DNA of 64,000 nucleotides from Candidatus Nitrospinota bacterium M3_3B_026 (GTDB lineage Bacteria; Nitrospinota_A; UBA7883; JBPRGF01): NCBI GenBank assembly GCA_051418015.1, contig JBPRGF010000009.1, positions 1 to 64,000 of the forward strand, read 5' to 3'. Shown piece by piece: positions 28,760 to 37,211 of this stretch (position 1 is its first letter; each line of letters starts with the position of its first letter). The notes under the pieces were generated by a model. It saw only the letters and a program-made list of their open reading frames with translations, ran no database searches and was not told where the DNA came from. The position numbers and the translations under genes were made by a program.

Positions 28760-29311
28760 CTAAGGGAGCCGTTCGTAAAAGATCAGCGCCGTGTCGCCGT
28801 ACCGGCGCGTTCCGGTCATGGCGATGTCCGCCCCGGCAGGCTTAGGCGCCTCGGTTTTGTGAAAAGCCTCCAGGACAAGCGTCCCTCCCGGCGCAAGGAG
28901 CCTCGCCGCCTCGTTGACGACCCGCTCTTCCAGCCCCGCCTTCCACGGCGGATCGGCGAAGATGATGTTGAACCGCTCCCCGCGCTCGGCCATGGTCTCG
29001 ACGGCGTCAAAAACGTCGCCGCGGATGCCCCGCAGCGGATCAGGGGTACTGACGCCGAGCTTCGCCGCGTTCTCCCTTACAAGGTCGATATGTTTTAGCT
29101 CCACCACGGCGGCCCGGGCGGCCCCGCGGCTTATCGCCTCCAGCGCCGCCGCGCCCGTCCCGCTGAAAAGGTCCAGAAACGCCGCGCCTTCTATTCTCGC
29201 GCCGATGATATTGAATAGGGCCTCGCGGACCCTGTCCGGCGTGGGGCGGACGTCATCGCCTTTCGGGCCGGCAAGGCGTCTTCCGCGGTAAACGCCGCCG
29301 ATGATCCTCAA
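28760..29311 (-). CDS. rsmD: 16S rRNA (guanine966-N2)-methyltransferase
   Basis: MRIIGGVYRGRRL...FADPPW motifs. Confidence 0.85.
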   Translation of the reverse strand: MRIIGGVYRGRRLAGPKGDDVRPTPDRVREALFNIIGARIEGAAFLDLFSGTGAAALEAISRGAARAAVVELKHIDLVRENAAKLGVSTPDPLRGIRGDVFDAVETMAERGERFNIIFADPPWKAGLEERVVNEAARLLAPGGTLVLEAFHKTEAPKPAGADIAMTGTRRYGDTALIFYERLP

Positions 29312-29326
29312 TACAGCGCCCCTTCG

Positions 29327-29668
29327 TCACCGGCGGCCGCGCCGCCTGCCTGCGATCATTACGTCCACGAAGGCTGTTATCCAGACGACGAGCAGGCCCG
29401 CCACGATGTAGAAGAGCGTTCTTATCCCCCCGATAAGCTTATCGTCGGCGACGGGCGCCTCCCCTGATGATATAGCCGCGAAAAACCGCGGGACGACGGC
29501 CGAAAGCTGTATGAAAAACGCCCCCAGCAGGACGATGGCCGCCCCGGCGAACAGCCACCCGATGACCTTGCGGCCGATGGCCAGCTGCCCCGCGCCGGGG
29601 AAGACCAGCGACAGGATGATAAGAGCTCCCAGTGGAGCGCTGGATTTTTCGTCTCTTTTACCTGCCAT
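29327..29668 (-). CDS. Small integral membrane protein of unknown function
   Basis: 113 aa, three predicted TM helices, basic C-terminus; 15-nt gap to rsmD. Confidence 0.45.
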   Translation of the reverse strand: MAGKRDEKSSAPLGALIILSLVFPGAGQLAIGRKVIGWLFAGAAIVLLGAFFIQLSAVVPRFFAAISSGEAPVADDKLIGGIRTLFYIVAGLLVVWITAFVDVMIAGRRRGRR

Positions 29669-29671
29669 GGC

Positions 29672-30610
29672 TCACTCTGGCCCGAGAGCCTCCTCCGAAA
29701 GGTCCTCGAAATGGGTCAGGCGCTTGAACTGCCGGAAGCGGCCGGCTATCTCGCGCCTGCCCAGCTCACGCAGTCTGTCCATGGAGAATTTTTCAACGTT
29801 GAACGAGGCCATGACGGAGCCCATGACCGTCGCCTGGCGGAGCATGGTGTCTGAAAGATGGCCGTCGTAGTTCCTCGCGATGTGCCCCATGAACCCTCCC
29901 GCGAAGGTGTCGCCCGCGCCGGTGGGGTCGAACACGCTCTCCAGGGGATAGGCGGGCGCGGAGAAGACGGACCCGTCGCCGAAAAGCAGCGCGCCGTATT
30001 CCCCCTGTTTTATTATCACCGTCTTTGGCCCCATGCCCTTGATCTTCCCGGCGGCGGCCACGAGGTTCGGCGTGTCCGCAAGCATCCTGGCCTCGCTTTC
30101 GTTTATGATGAGCATGTCCACGCGGCTGATGGCCTTCTCGAGATCCTTGCGGCTTCCGTTTATCCAGAAGTTCATCGTGTCCATGGCCACGAGCTTCGGG
30201 TTCTCGGCCTGGTCGAGCACTTTCATCTGCAGGGCGGGGTCTATGTTGGCCAGGAACAGAAACTCCGCGCTCCTGTAGCTTTCGGGAAGGACCGGGTCGA
30301 AGCCCGCCAGGACGTTCAGCTGTGTGTCCAGCGTCTTCGCCTCGTTCAGGTCGTAGCCGTATTCGCCCTTCCAGTGGAACGATTTCCCGGCGGCCCTGGT
30401 GACGCCCTCGGTGTTGACCCCACGCTCGGAGAGCATGACTATGTCCTTTTCCTCGAAGTCCTCGCCGACGACGGCGACCAGCTTGACGTTGGTGAAAAAG
30501 CTCGCGGCGAGGGCGAAATAGGCGCCTGAGCCGCCAAGGGACACGTCACGCTCGCCGAAGGGTGTTTTGACTGAATCGTAGGCCATCGTGCCCACAACAA
30601 CAAGGCTCAT
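29672..30610 (-). CDS. PfkB-family carbohydrate/nucleoside kinase
   Basis: N-terminal GG motif (VSLGGSGAY) and C-terminal DPTGAGDTFAGGF anion-hole motif. Confidence 0.8.
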   Translation of the reverse strand: MSLVVVGTMAYDSVKTPFGERDVSLGGSGAYFALAASFFTNVKLVAVVGEDFEEKDIVMLSERGVNTEGVTRAAGKSFHWKGEYGYDLNEAKTLDTQLNVLAGFDPVLPESYRSAEFLFLANIDPALQMKVLDQAENPKLVAMDTMNFWINGSRKDLEKAISRVDMLIINESEARMLADTPNLVAAAGKIKGMGPKTVIIKQGEYGALLFGDGSVFSAPAYPLESVFDPTGAGDTFAGGFMGHIARNYDGHLSDTMLRQATVMGSVMASFNVEKFSMDRLRELGRREIAGRFRQFKRLTHFEDLSEEALGPE

Positions 30611-30910
30611 GATGAAAATCTCCCTGTTCTCAGGTTACGGCTTCTTTGCGTTGAAACGAGGGAGAATTATAAACCATCACTTCCAAGCGAAACGAGACGA
30701 AAATATCTCTTCCGGTATTTCGACTTGGCGTTAACTTGACAATTAGCAAAACATCACCACGCATTTATCACTATAGGGGCAATTTATACGCTTGATATTA
30801 CAAGTAGATTGCCTTTGCCTGCGGTAAAATTAAAAATTGCCATTTTTTGCCTTGACAACACGACAAATATGGATATTGTGTATTTTATTACTACATTGTC
30901 GGAGGCGAAA

Positions 30911-31480
30911 ATGTACAGGCCGATTATTCTTTATTGTTGGTTTGTGGCTTTGTTGGTTTCCTTTTTTTTCCCTTTGTCCACTTATGCAAGCGGGAAAGAG
31001 GTAAAGGGGAAAATGGAGGCGCACGGTTTAAATTCTTCATCAAAAGGAGTAAATGCAGGCATCTCGCCAAATCTGGATTTGCCACCAGAACAAGCAAGAA
31101 GTTTGGAATCGCTTAATAGCACAGATTGCACTTATTGGTGGATATATGGCCGTAGCTCTTGGAACTGGAGCGGGATTCCATATGTATATATCTCATATAA
31201 CAGCAATGGTAAAAGCTGGACGGAATATGGCACGAGCACAGGTGGATGTGGAATCCCTTTAACTGTCGATAGACTGTACGTTAGGGTGCAAGAATATCCT
31301 GCGAATTCTTGGCCCTACACATCCTATGACAAAACCGTGAATAACACCAACTATGTAGAAAGAGGCAATAGTGGTTGGTGCACGGGATGTACAAATATTT
31401 GTGGTGCATATGGCTGGCACAATGCCACCAAAAACGGCGTATATTGGAGCACCACCACAAGCTCAGGGTGCGCTCCATAA
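30911..31480 (+). CDS. Secreted Cys/Trp/Tyr/Asn-rich protein of unknown function (island gene 1)
   Basis: Sec signal peptide MYRPIILYCWFVALLVSFFFPLSTYASG; mature about 160 aa with 6 Cys and 9 Trp; GGAGG ribosome-binding site; GC far below genome average; no recognisable family. Confidence 0.55.
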   Translation: MYRPIILYCWFVALLVSFFFPLSTYASGKEVKGKMEAHGLNSSSKGVNAGISPNLDLPPEQARSLESLNSTDCTYWWIYGRSSWNWSGIPYVYISYNSNGKSWTEYGTSTGGCGIPLTVDRLYVRVQEYPANSWPYTSYDKTVNNTNYVERGNSGWCTGCTNICGAYGWHNATKNGVYWSTTTSSGCAP

Positions 31481-31481
31481 C

Positions 31482-32519
31482 ATGGATTGCCAAGAACAGC
31501 GTTACGAGTCATGCCCCACCATAAGGCTTCGCGCCTTCTGGTGGGGTATTCTTTTTGTTGCAGGTCTTTTTTTTGCGCAACCACTCAACGGCTTCGAAGT
31601 CCCAGAAAAACCCGGGCCTGAAGATTATGATCATAAAACCATAAACGCTTTTTTAAACAGTGGACAAGAAGGAGTGCTCTCCGCTTTGAAGGGGCACCCT
31701 GAGATGCGTAGTAATTATCTACAGCTATCATATTATCTGAAGGATAAAGAGCGGTTTAAAGCAGATTACATGATAATAAATCAGACGGCGACAAAACTAA
31801 GATTTACATTGATAGTGTTGATAGATTATATTCAGCGAGAATTTATCATAGAAGAGAAGGAGAAAGTTTTATCATATGCGGTCTCTTTACTTCCCTATGA
31901 AAAGATAATACTCCCTATAACAATCACAGACATGGGTAAAGGGGCGCATGATTTTTTGCTAATTGCCCACAGAGATTCAACATTATATAATTCTTTTGAT
32001 TACAGGAAATATCCTATTTTATTTTATAGAGCAAATATTTTTGTGGACAGCGATGAAACACCACAAGTTGTCTATAGCAAATATCCTCAATATGGGTCAA
32101 AACTACATTCCATTCGAATCACTATAAATAAATCCAGTACATTCAATAAGTTTAACGAAATAAATTACAGCCTTGATCTAATGCCAGAGGATAATCGTTT
32201 TTATCTGCATATCAACAATCCACATAAAACAGCCGTCTCGTACGCTATTGTATTATTTAGTAATCATCTACAAACGTACATTAAAGATGGAAATAACAAG
32301 CAAAGAGTTATCTATCATGCCCTTGGCCCAGAAAGACAAAGCATAATTGATTGCGAGGTAAATTTAAATAAAGATACGCATATACTTTGGGTATTATTGA
32401 TAGAAAACCCATATACTAAAATCGAGTCCAAATTAGAATCAGGTATATCCGAAATGACAACTATTCCGACATACTTGGTGATTTCCAATATTGTTCAATT
32501 TCAAGACGCGTCACGCTAA
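31482..32519 (+). CDS. N-terminally membrane-anchored or secreted protein of unknown function (island gene 2)
   Basis: Hydrophobic segment RLRAFWWGILFVAGLFFAQP near N-terminus; Ile/Asn/Lys/Tyr-rich low-GC composition; start 1 nt after the upstream stop (TAAcATG). Confidence 0.45.
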   Translation: MDCQEQRYESCPTIRLRAFWWGILFVAGLFFAQPLNGFEVPEKPGPEDYDHKTINAFLNSGQEGVLSALKGHPEMRSNYLQLSYYLKDKERFKADYMIINQTATKLRFTLIVLIDYIQREFIIEEKEKVLSYAVSLLPYEKIILPITITDMGKGAHDFLLIAHRDSTLYNSFDYRKYPILFYRANIFVDSDETPQVVYSKYPQYGSKLHSIRITINKSSTFNKFNEINYSLDLMPEDNRFYLHINNPHKTAVSYAIVLFSNHLQTYIKDGNNKQRVIYHALGPERQSIIDCEVNLNKDTHILWVLLIENPYTKIESKLESGISEMTTIPTYLVISNIVQFQDASR

Positions 32520-32520
32520 T

Positions 32521-33234
32521 ATGAAACGCGCGCTATGCATGGTTATTTATTTTGTTTTCAGCATATCGCCTGTTGATTCTCTCGCCAAAACAATAACCTA
32601 CCCTGTGAATCAGGTGGCCAGGCCTCTGACCCTGCCCGCGGGTGTCTGGGAGCTTGGCGCCGGCGCAAGCATATCCGAATGGAATAATGACGGCGGCTCT
32701 GCTGTTTATCCGGCTTTCTCCATACGCTATGGTCTCACCAGCGACATCGAACTTTATTTGCTCGGCGTCAAATATAGGCCACTGACGGAAAGCAGGCCAC
32801 TTGAGCTGGTTATGAAGGCGCGAATCGCAGGGATCGGAGAGTCGAATGTCAAGGGTAGCATCGTTTTGACGGAAGCGGCGATAGAGACGAAAACCCGAAT
32901 CACACCTTCGATATCTCTACACTGCCAAGCAGAAGAATATCACGGTTTCTATTCAAACGGCGAGGATGTTTCCGATCTCAGGTTGTCGATAGGGCAGACC
33001 GTCTCGTTTACTGACAAATTTTCGATCGGCATTATGGCGACGTACAGAAGGCTCGCAGGCTTTGACGCCGAAGACGCCGGTTTCGCGAGCGGCGCAATCA
33101 GGTATAATTTTTCTCCTCGTTTCGACGTTGTTTTTGAAGGCTCAGCGGGAGATTTCGACGACAGCGAGGACATGCGACGCGAGATGAAAAGCTCCAGGCA
33201 TGAATACGGCATCAGTCTTAACTGGAGATTCTAG
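32521..33234 (+). CDS. Outer-membrane beta-barrel protein candidate (island gene 3)
   Basis: Signal peptide MKRALCMVIYFVFSISPVDSLA; alternating amphipathic strands; C-terminal ...GISLNWRF ending in Phe (beta-barrel assembly signature); start 1 nt after the upstream stop. Confidence 0.5.
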   Translation: MKRALCMVIYFVFSISPVDSLAKTITYPVNQVARPLTLPAGVWELGAGASISEWNNDGGSAVYPAFSIRYGLTSDIELYLLGVKYRPLTESRPLELVMKARIAGIGESNVKGSIVLTEAAIETKTRITPSISLHCQAEEYHGFYSNGEDVSDLRLSIGQTVSFTDKFSIGIMATYRRLAGFDAEDAGFASGAIRYNFSPRFDVVFEGSAGDFDDSEDMRREMKSSRHEYGISLNWRF

Positions 33235-33265
33235 CTTGGAAGCGTCTTCTTTCGTCTAGCGCCCC

Positions 33266-33757
33266 TCAAAGCGGCCAGTGGTCGAAGTACTGCATGCTGG
33301 TCTTCTTGAACTCGCGGGTGGAGAAGAGCACGTCGTAATCGGCTATCCCCGTCTGTTCGGACATTTTCTTGGCGATCCTCAGCACCTCATCTTTTGACTG
33401 GCCGTGGATCATGGTGAAAAGGTGGTATGGCCAGTCGTCGAAGGAGGGGCGCTCGTAGGCGTGGCTCACCTCCGGGTAGGACGAGAGAATCTCCCCCAGC
33501 CTCTTGCGCTCTTTCCCGTCAGGGACGCTCCAGACGCCCATTCCGTTCGCCGTGAACCCGGCCTTCTGGTGCCGCAGGGTGGCGCCGAACCGGCGGTAGT
33601 AGCCCCGCTCGCCGTAGAGCCTGGTCTTTTCTATCACCTCGTCCTCGGGGACGCCCAGCTTTTCCGCTATGTCCCGGAAGGGGCGCTTGGTCATGGGCAA
33701 CGTGCGCTGGAGCTCGGCCATGATGGCGACGTCTTTTGCCCCTATTTCCTTTTTCAT
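33266..33757 (-). CDS. ahbB: AsnC/Lrp-like siroheme decarboxylase subunit (AhbA/AhbB-NirDLGH family)
   Basis: Lrp/AsnC-like HTH plus ligand-binding fold; paired with the upstream homologue by ATGA overlap, as in ahbA-ahbB. Confidence 0.55.
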   Translation of the reverse strand: MKKEIGAKDVAIMAELQRTLPMTKRPFRDIAEKLGVPEDEVIEKTRLYGERGYYRRFGATLRHQKAGFTANGMGVWSVPDGKERKRLGEILSSYPEVSHAYERPSFDDWPYHLFTMIHGQSKDEVLRIAKKMSEQTGIADYDVLFSTREFKKTSMQYFDHWPL

Positions 33758-34236
33758 CTCACAGCCTCCCCGGCCTTTTCCCCGGCCTCCTTGAATTTGA
33801 AGTCCACCTTTATCTTGAACTTCTTTATCATCGGCATGTTCCGCACCGGGCCGAAGCCTGTCCTGTCGCCGATCTCGGCCAGGATCCTCTCCTCGGTCTC
33901 CTTGTCCGGCGAGATGAGGGTGAACCAGAGGTTGTAGTCGTGGTTTCTCTCGTAGTTGTGCGTGACGCCGGGGTACTCGCTGACGATCTTCGCCGCGTCC
34001 TCCAGCTTCTCCGGGGGTATCTTCATGGCGCACAGCGTGCTGGTCCAGCCGAGCCCCCGCGAGTCGAAGCTGGCGCCGATCCGGCGGATGACGCCGGAGT
34101 CGAACATGGCTTTAACGCGCTTGAACGCCTCGTCCTCGGATATCCCGATCTTCTCGCCTATCTTGGCGTATGGCTCCCGCGCTACGGGAAACCCGGTCTG
34201 TATGATATTAAGTATCTTTTTGTCCGTCTCGTCCAT
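33754..34236 (-). CDS. ahbA: AsnC/Lrp-like siroheme decarboxylase subunit (AhbA/AhbB-NirDLGH family)
   Basis: KKILNIIQTGFPVAREPYAKIGEKIGISEDEAFKRVKAM matches the NirD/AhbA xLQxGFPLxxxPF signature. Confidence 0.6.
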   Translation of the reverse strand: MDETDKKILNIIQTGFPVAREPYAKIGEKIGISEDEAFKRVKAMFDSGVIRRIGASFDSRGLGWTSTLCAMKIPPEKLEDAAKIVSEYPGVTHNYERNHDYNLWFTLISPDKETEERILAEIGDRTGFGPVRNMPMIKKFKIKVDFKFKEAGEKAGEAVR

Positions 34237-34340
34237 TCGTTCTGAACTCCGGTTTGAAGGCGATTCTCAGTTTCACTAAGTCCGGGTATTTTACTAAGGT
34301 TTGGCCGAAACCTCAAAGGCGAATTCCATACGCGCCGCGG

Positions 34341-35471
34341 TCACAGCGAGGCCAGGATTTCTTTCAGCGAGTCGGCGACATATTTTATCTGGGCGCGCTT
34401 CATGGTCGGGTAAAAGGGAAGGGTGACGACCCTGTCGCCTATCCTCTCCGCGTTCGGGAACATCCCCCTCTTGAGGCCGAAGTTTTTCCTGTAATAGGTC
34501 ATCAGGTGGACCGGGCGGAAGTTCACTGCCACGCCGATCCCCTTCTCCTCCAGCCGCCACAGTATCCTGTCGCGATGCCTGGCAGGGACCCGCACGGTGA
34601 AAAGGTGCAGCGCCGAGCGTGAGCCGGGGCGGATGACGGGAAGCTCCAGCCCCTCCACTCCCGAAAGCTCCTTCATGTATATCTCCCAGCGTTTCTTTCG
34701 CTCCTCGAGGTTCTTTTCGATCCTGTCTATCTGGTTCAAAAGGAGCGCGGCCTGTATGTTCGACATGTTGTACTTCCAGCCGACGAACCGCATGTCGTAG
34801 TGCTGGAACTTTTTCTGGAAACGGCTGGCGGCGTCCCTGGTCATGCCGTGCAGCCTGGCCTGCCTGAGCCTATCCTTGAGCTTTCTGGAATGGACGGAAA
34901 GCGCCCCGCCCTCGCCGGAGGTGAGGTTTTTCGTCGCGTAAAAGGAGAAGGCCGCCGCGTCGCCGAGCTGGCCCGCGCCAACGCCGTCGCGCCTGGCTTC
35001 CACGGCGTGCGCGGCGTCCTCGACGATTTTCAGCCTGCGGGCCCTGGCGGCTTCCTTTATGGCCTTCATGTCGCAGAGCTGGCCGTAAAGGTGGACCGGC
35101 ATGACGGCTTTCGTCTTTTTCGTTATGGCTTTTTCGATGTTCGCGGGGTCCATGTTGCCCGTGTCCGGCTCCACGTCCACGAACCTGGGCGCGGCCCCGG
35201 TGTGGATGATGGAGTTGGCGGTGGCGATGAAGGTCATCGGGGTGGTTATAACCTCGTCGCCCTTCCCGATCCCGAGGGCCTCGAGCGCAAGGTGAAGCCC
35301 CGCCGTGGCGCTGGTCAGCCCCACCACGTGGGGAACGCCGAGGTATTCGGCGAAACGCTCCTCGAACTTCGCGACCTCGTCGCCGGTGGATATGAAAAGG
35401 CCTTTGAGGGTCTTTTCGAGCGCTTTCCTGTCTTCGGTGGTGATGTTGTGCCGGAAGAAATCTACTTTCAT
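34341..35471 (-). CDS. DegT/DnrJ/EryC1/StrS-family PLP-dependent sugar aminotransferase
   Basis: VGLTSATAGLHLAL and downstream Lys-containing PLP region; 376 aa. Confidence 0.85.
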   Translation of the reverse strand: MKVDFFRHNITTEDRKALEKTLKGLFISTGDEVAKFEERFAEYLGVPHVVGLTSATAGLHLALEALGIGKGDEVITTPMTFIATANSIIHTGAAPRFVDVEPDTGNMDPANIEKAITKKTKAVMPVHLYGQLCDMKAIKEAARARRLKIVEDAAHAVEARRDGVGAGQLGDAAAFSFYATKNLTSGEGGALSVHSRKLKDRLRQARLHGMTRDAASRFQKKFQHYDMRFVGWKYNMSNIQAALLLNQIDRIEKNLEERKKRWEIYMKELSGVEGLELPVIRPGSRSALHLFTVRVPARHRDRILWRLEEKGIGVAVNFRPVHLMTYYRKNFGLKRGMFPNAERIGDRVVTLPFYPTMKRAQIKYVADSLKEILASL

Positions 35472-35571
35472 GCTATCTTATCGTCGTTATCCGAAAAATT
35501 CTGATTATAAACCAGCTTTTCCTGAACGCGGGGCGAAAAACCGCCGATCTCCGGAGGCTCGTTTTGACGGA

Positions 35572-36390
35572 ATGAAAACAAAGGACACGGGCGGCCCCGG
35601 CCCGGCCGTTGTCATGATACACGGCTGGGGCCAGACGGCCGAGTCGATGACGCCCCTGGCAAAGCTTCTGGAACAGCGGCTCCGCGTCATTACCTTCGAC
35701 CTGCCCGGCCACGGCGAGGCGGAAGGGGAGGGGGGGCCGTACACCTTCCAGCGGTACGTGGAAACGCTCGGCGAGGCCGTTAAAGCCCTGGACGGCGTTC
35801 CTTTTTACCTGCTCGGCTGGTCCATGGGCGGGACGATCGCGGCCCTGTACGCCCTGGAGAGCCGAACGCCCGCCCCGGAGGGGCTGATACTCCTCTCCGC
35901 CACCCCGAAGTTCGTCATACCCGGGAAAAACCTGGGGATAGGCCAGAGTCCGGCGGCGGTGAAAAAGATGAGAAAGATGATCCGTGAGGATCCGGCGGCG
36001 GGGCTGCGCGGTTTCATCGGACGGTTCTTCGAGTCCGGCGAAAGGATGAGCGCCGCTGACCGGGAACGCGCCGAAAAAGCCCTGATCCCCCCCTCCTTCC
36101 CGCCTGCCGGCGAGGCTCTGCTTGGGAGCCTTGATGAGCTGGCGGCGGCCGACCTTACGGCCTCCGGCGGGGACTTCGGGGGGCGGGTGTTGATAATTTA
36201 CGGAAGGCTGGATAGAATATGCCCTCCAGGGGGCCAGAGGCTCTGGAGAGAGGTTTTCGGCGGGAGGCTGGCGCCGGACCGTGTGATCGAGGGGGCGGGG
36301 CACGCGCCCCATCTTACAAAGGGCGCCGAGGTGGCCCGCGCCGTCGAGGATTTTGTGTTGAACCCCGGCCAGGTCTTATCTTCTTTGTGA
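35572..36390 (+). CDS. bioH: Alpha/beta-hydrolase, pimeloyl-ACP methyl ester esterase BioH-like
   Basis: VVMIHGWGQTAESM and nucleophile elbow LLGWSMGG; translationally coupled to bioC (GTGA overlap). Confidence 0.7.
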   Translation: MKTKDTGGPGPAVVMIHGWGQTAESMTPLAKLLEQRLRVITFDLPGHGEAEGEGGPYTFQRYVETLGEAVKALDGVPFYLLGWSMGGTIAALYALESRTPAPEGLILLSATPKFVIPGKNLGIGQSPAAVKKMRKMIREDPAAGLRGFIGRFFESGERMSAADRERAEKALIPPSFPPAGEALLGSLDELAAADLTASGGDFGGRVLIIYGRLDRICPPGGQRLWREVFGGRLAPDRVIEGAGHAPHLTKGAEVARAVEDFVLNPGQVLSSL

Positions 36391-37190
36391 CAAGCTCGAG
36401 AATAAAAAACGCCTTCGACAAAAGCGCCCCGGGATACGACGACTACGCAAGGTTCCAGAACGAGACAAGCCGCGCCCTGGCGGAGAGAATCGCCGCGTTG
36501 CGCCTCGATAACGCCGTGGCGCTGGACATCGGATGCGGCACGGGAGCCCTGTCGGCGGCGCTGTCGGCCTCGGGGGCTTTTCGGATGGCGCTTGGATGCG
36601 ACATCTCGGGCGGAATGTTGCGCGCCGCCATGAGAAAACGGAACGGTAACGGCGCCCTGCGCCTGGCCCAGGCAGACGCCGTGAGGCTGCCCGTCAGGGA
36701 GGGGGCCGTGGATATCGTTGTCTCGAACCTCGCGTTGCACTGGGTGGAGGACCTCTCCACGGCGCTCCGGCAGGCGGCGGCCGTGTTGAGAAGGGGAGGG
36801 CGGATGGCCCTGACGGTCCTCGGCCCGTCCACCTTCAACGAGATAAGGCGCGCCGCCCGGGCGGCGTTGGCCCGCGAGGGGAAAAGGGCCGATGACTCCA
36901 TGTTTCACAGGTTCGTCGGCGAGGGGGAGCTTCAGGACGCGGCCGGGGCGGCTGGGCTTTCCATGACCACGGAAAGCGGTGTCCACGTCCGCGTATTCGA
37001 AAGCCCGGAGAGCCTGATGCGGACGCTCAAGAGGCAGGGGGTGCAAAACAGCCCCGGTTTCTCAGGCCTGGGGCTGGGGCGGCGGAGGGTGATGCGGGCC
37101 TTCGCCGAGGAGTATGCCAACAGGTTCCCGGCGCAAGGCGGCGTGAGGGTTACCTATGAGGTGATATACGTCTCGGCCGAGCGCCTCTAA
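36387..37190 (+). CDS. bioC: Malonyl-ACP O-methyltransferase BioC (class I SAM methyltransferase)
   Basis: ALDIGCGTGALS SAM motif; FDKSAPGYDDYARFQ N-terminus typical of BioC; GTG start overlaps the bioH stop. Confidence 0.7.
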   Translation: MTSSRIKNAFDKSAPGYDDYARFQNETSRALAERIAALRLDNAVALDIGCGTGALSAALSASGAFRMALGCDISGGMLRAAMRKRNGNGALRLAQADAVRLPVREGAVDIVVSNLALHWVEDLSTALRQAAAVLRRGGRMALTVLGPSTFNEIRRAARAALAREGKRADDSMFHRFVGEGELQDAAGAAGLSMTTESGVHVRVFESPESLMRTLKRQGVQNSPGFSGLGLGRRRVMRAFAEEYANRFPAQGGVRVTYEVIYVSAERL

Positions 37191-37211
37191 TTTTAGACGA
37201 CGGCGGAAAAT

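Noticed and set aside
30679-33262. Short shared motifs at the two island borders (left CTTCCAAGCG…GACGAAA; right GCTTGGAAGCG…TTTCGTC) that might be attachment-site repeats.
   Set aside because: The blocks are individually reverse-complemented but not colinear as a direct or inverted repeat, and each is only 7-9 nt. This is most likely coincidence, and no integrase is present. It could be revisited with the empty-site sequence from a relative.
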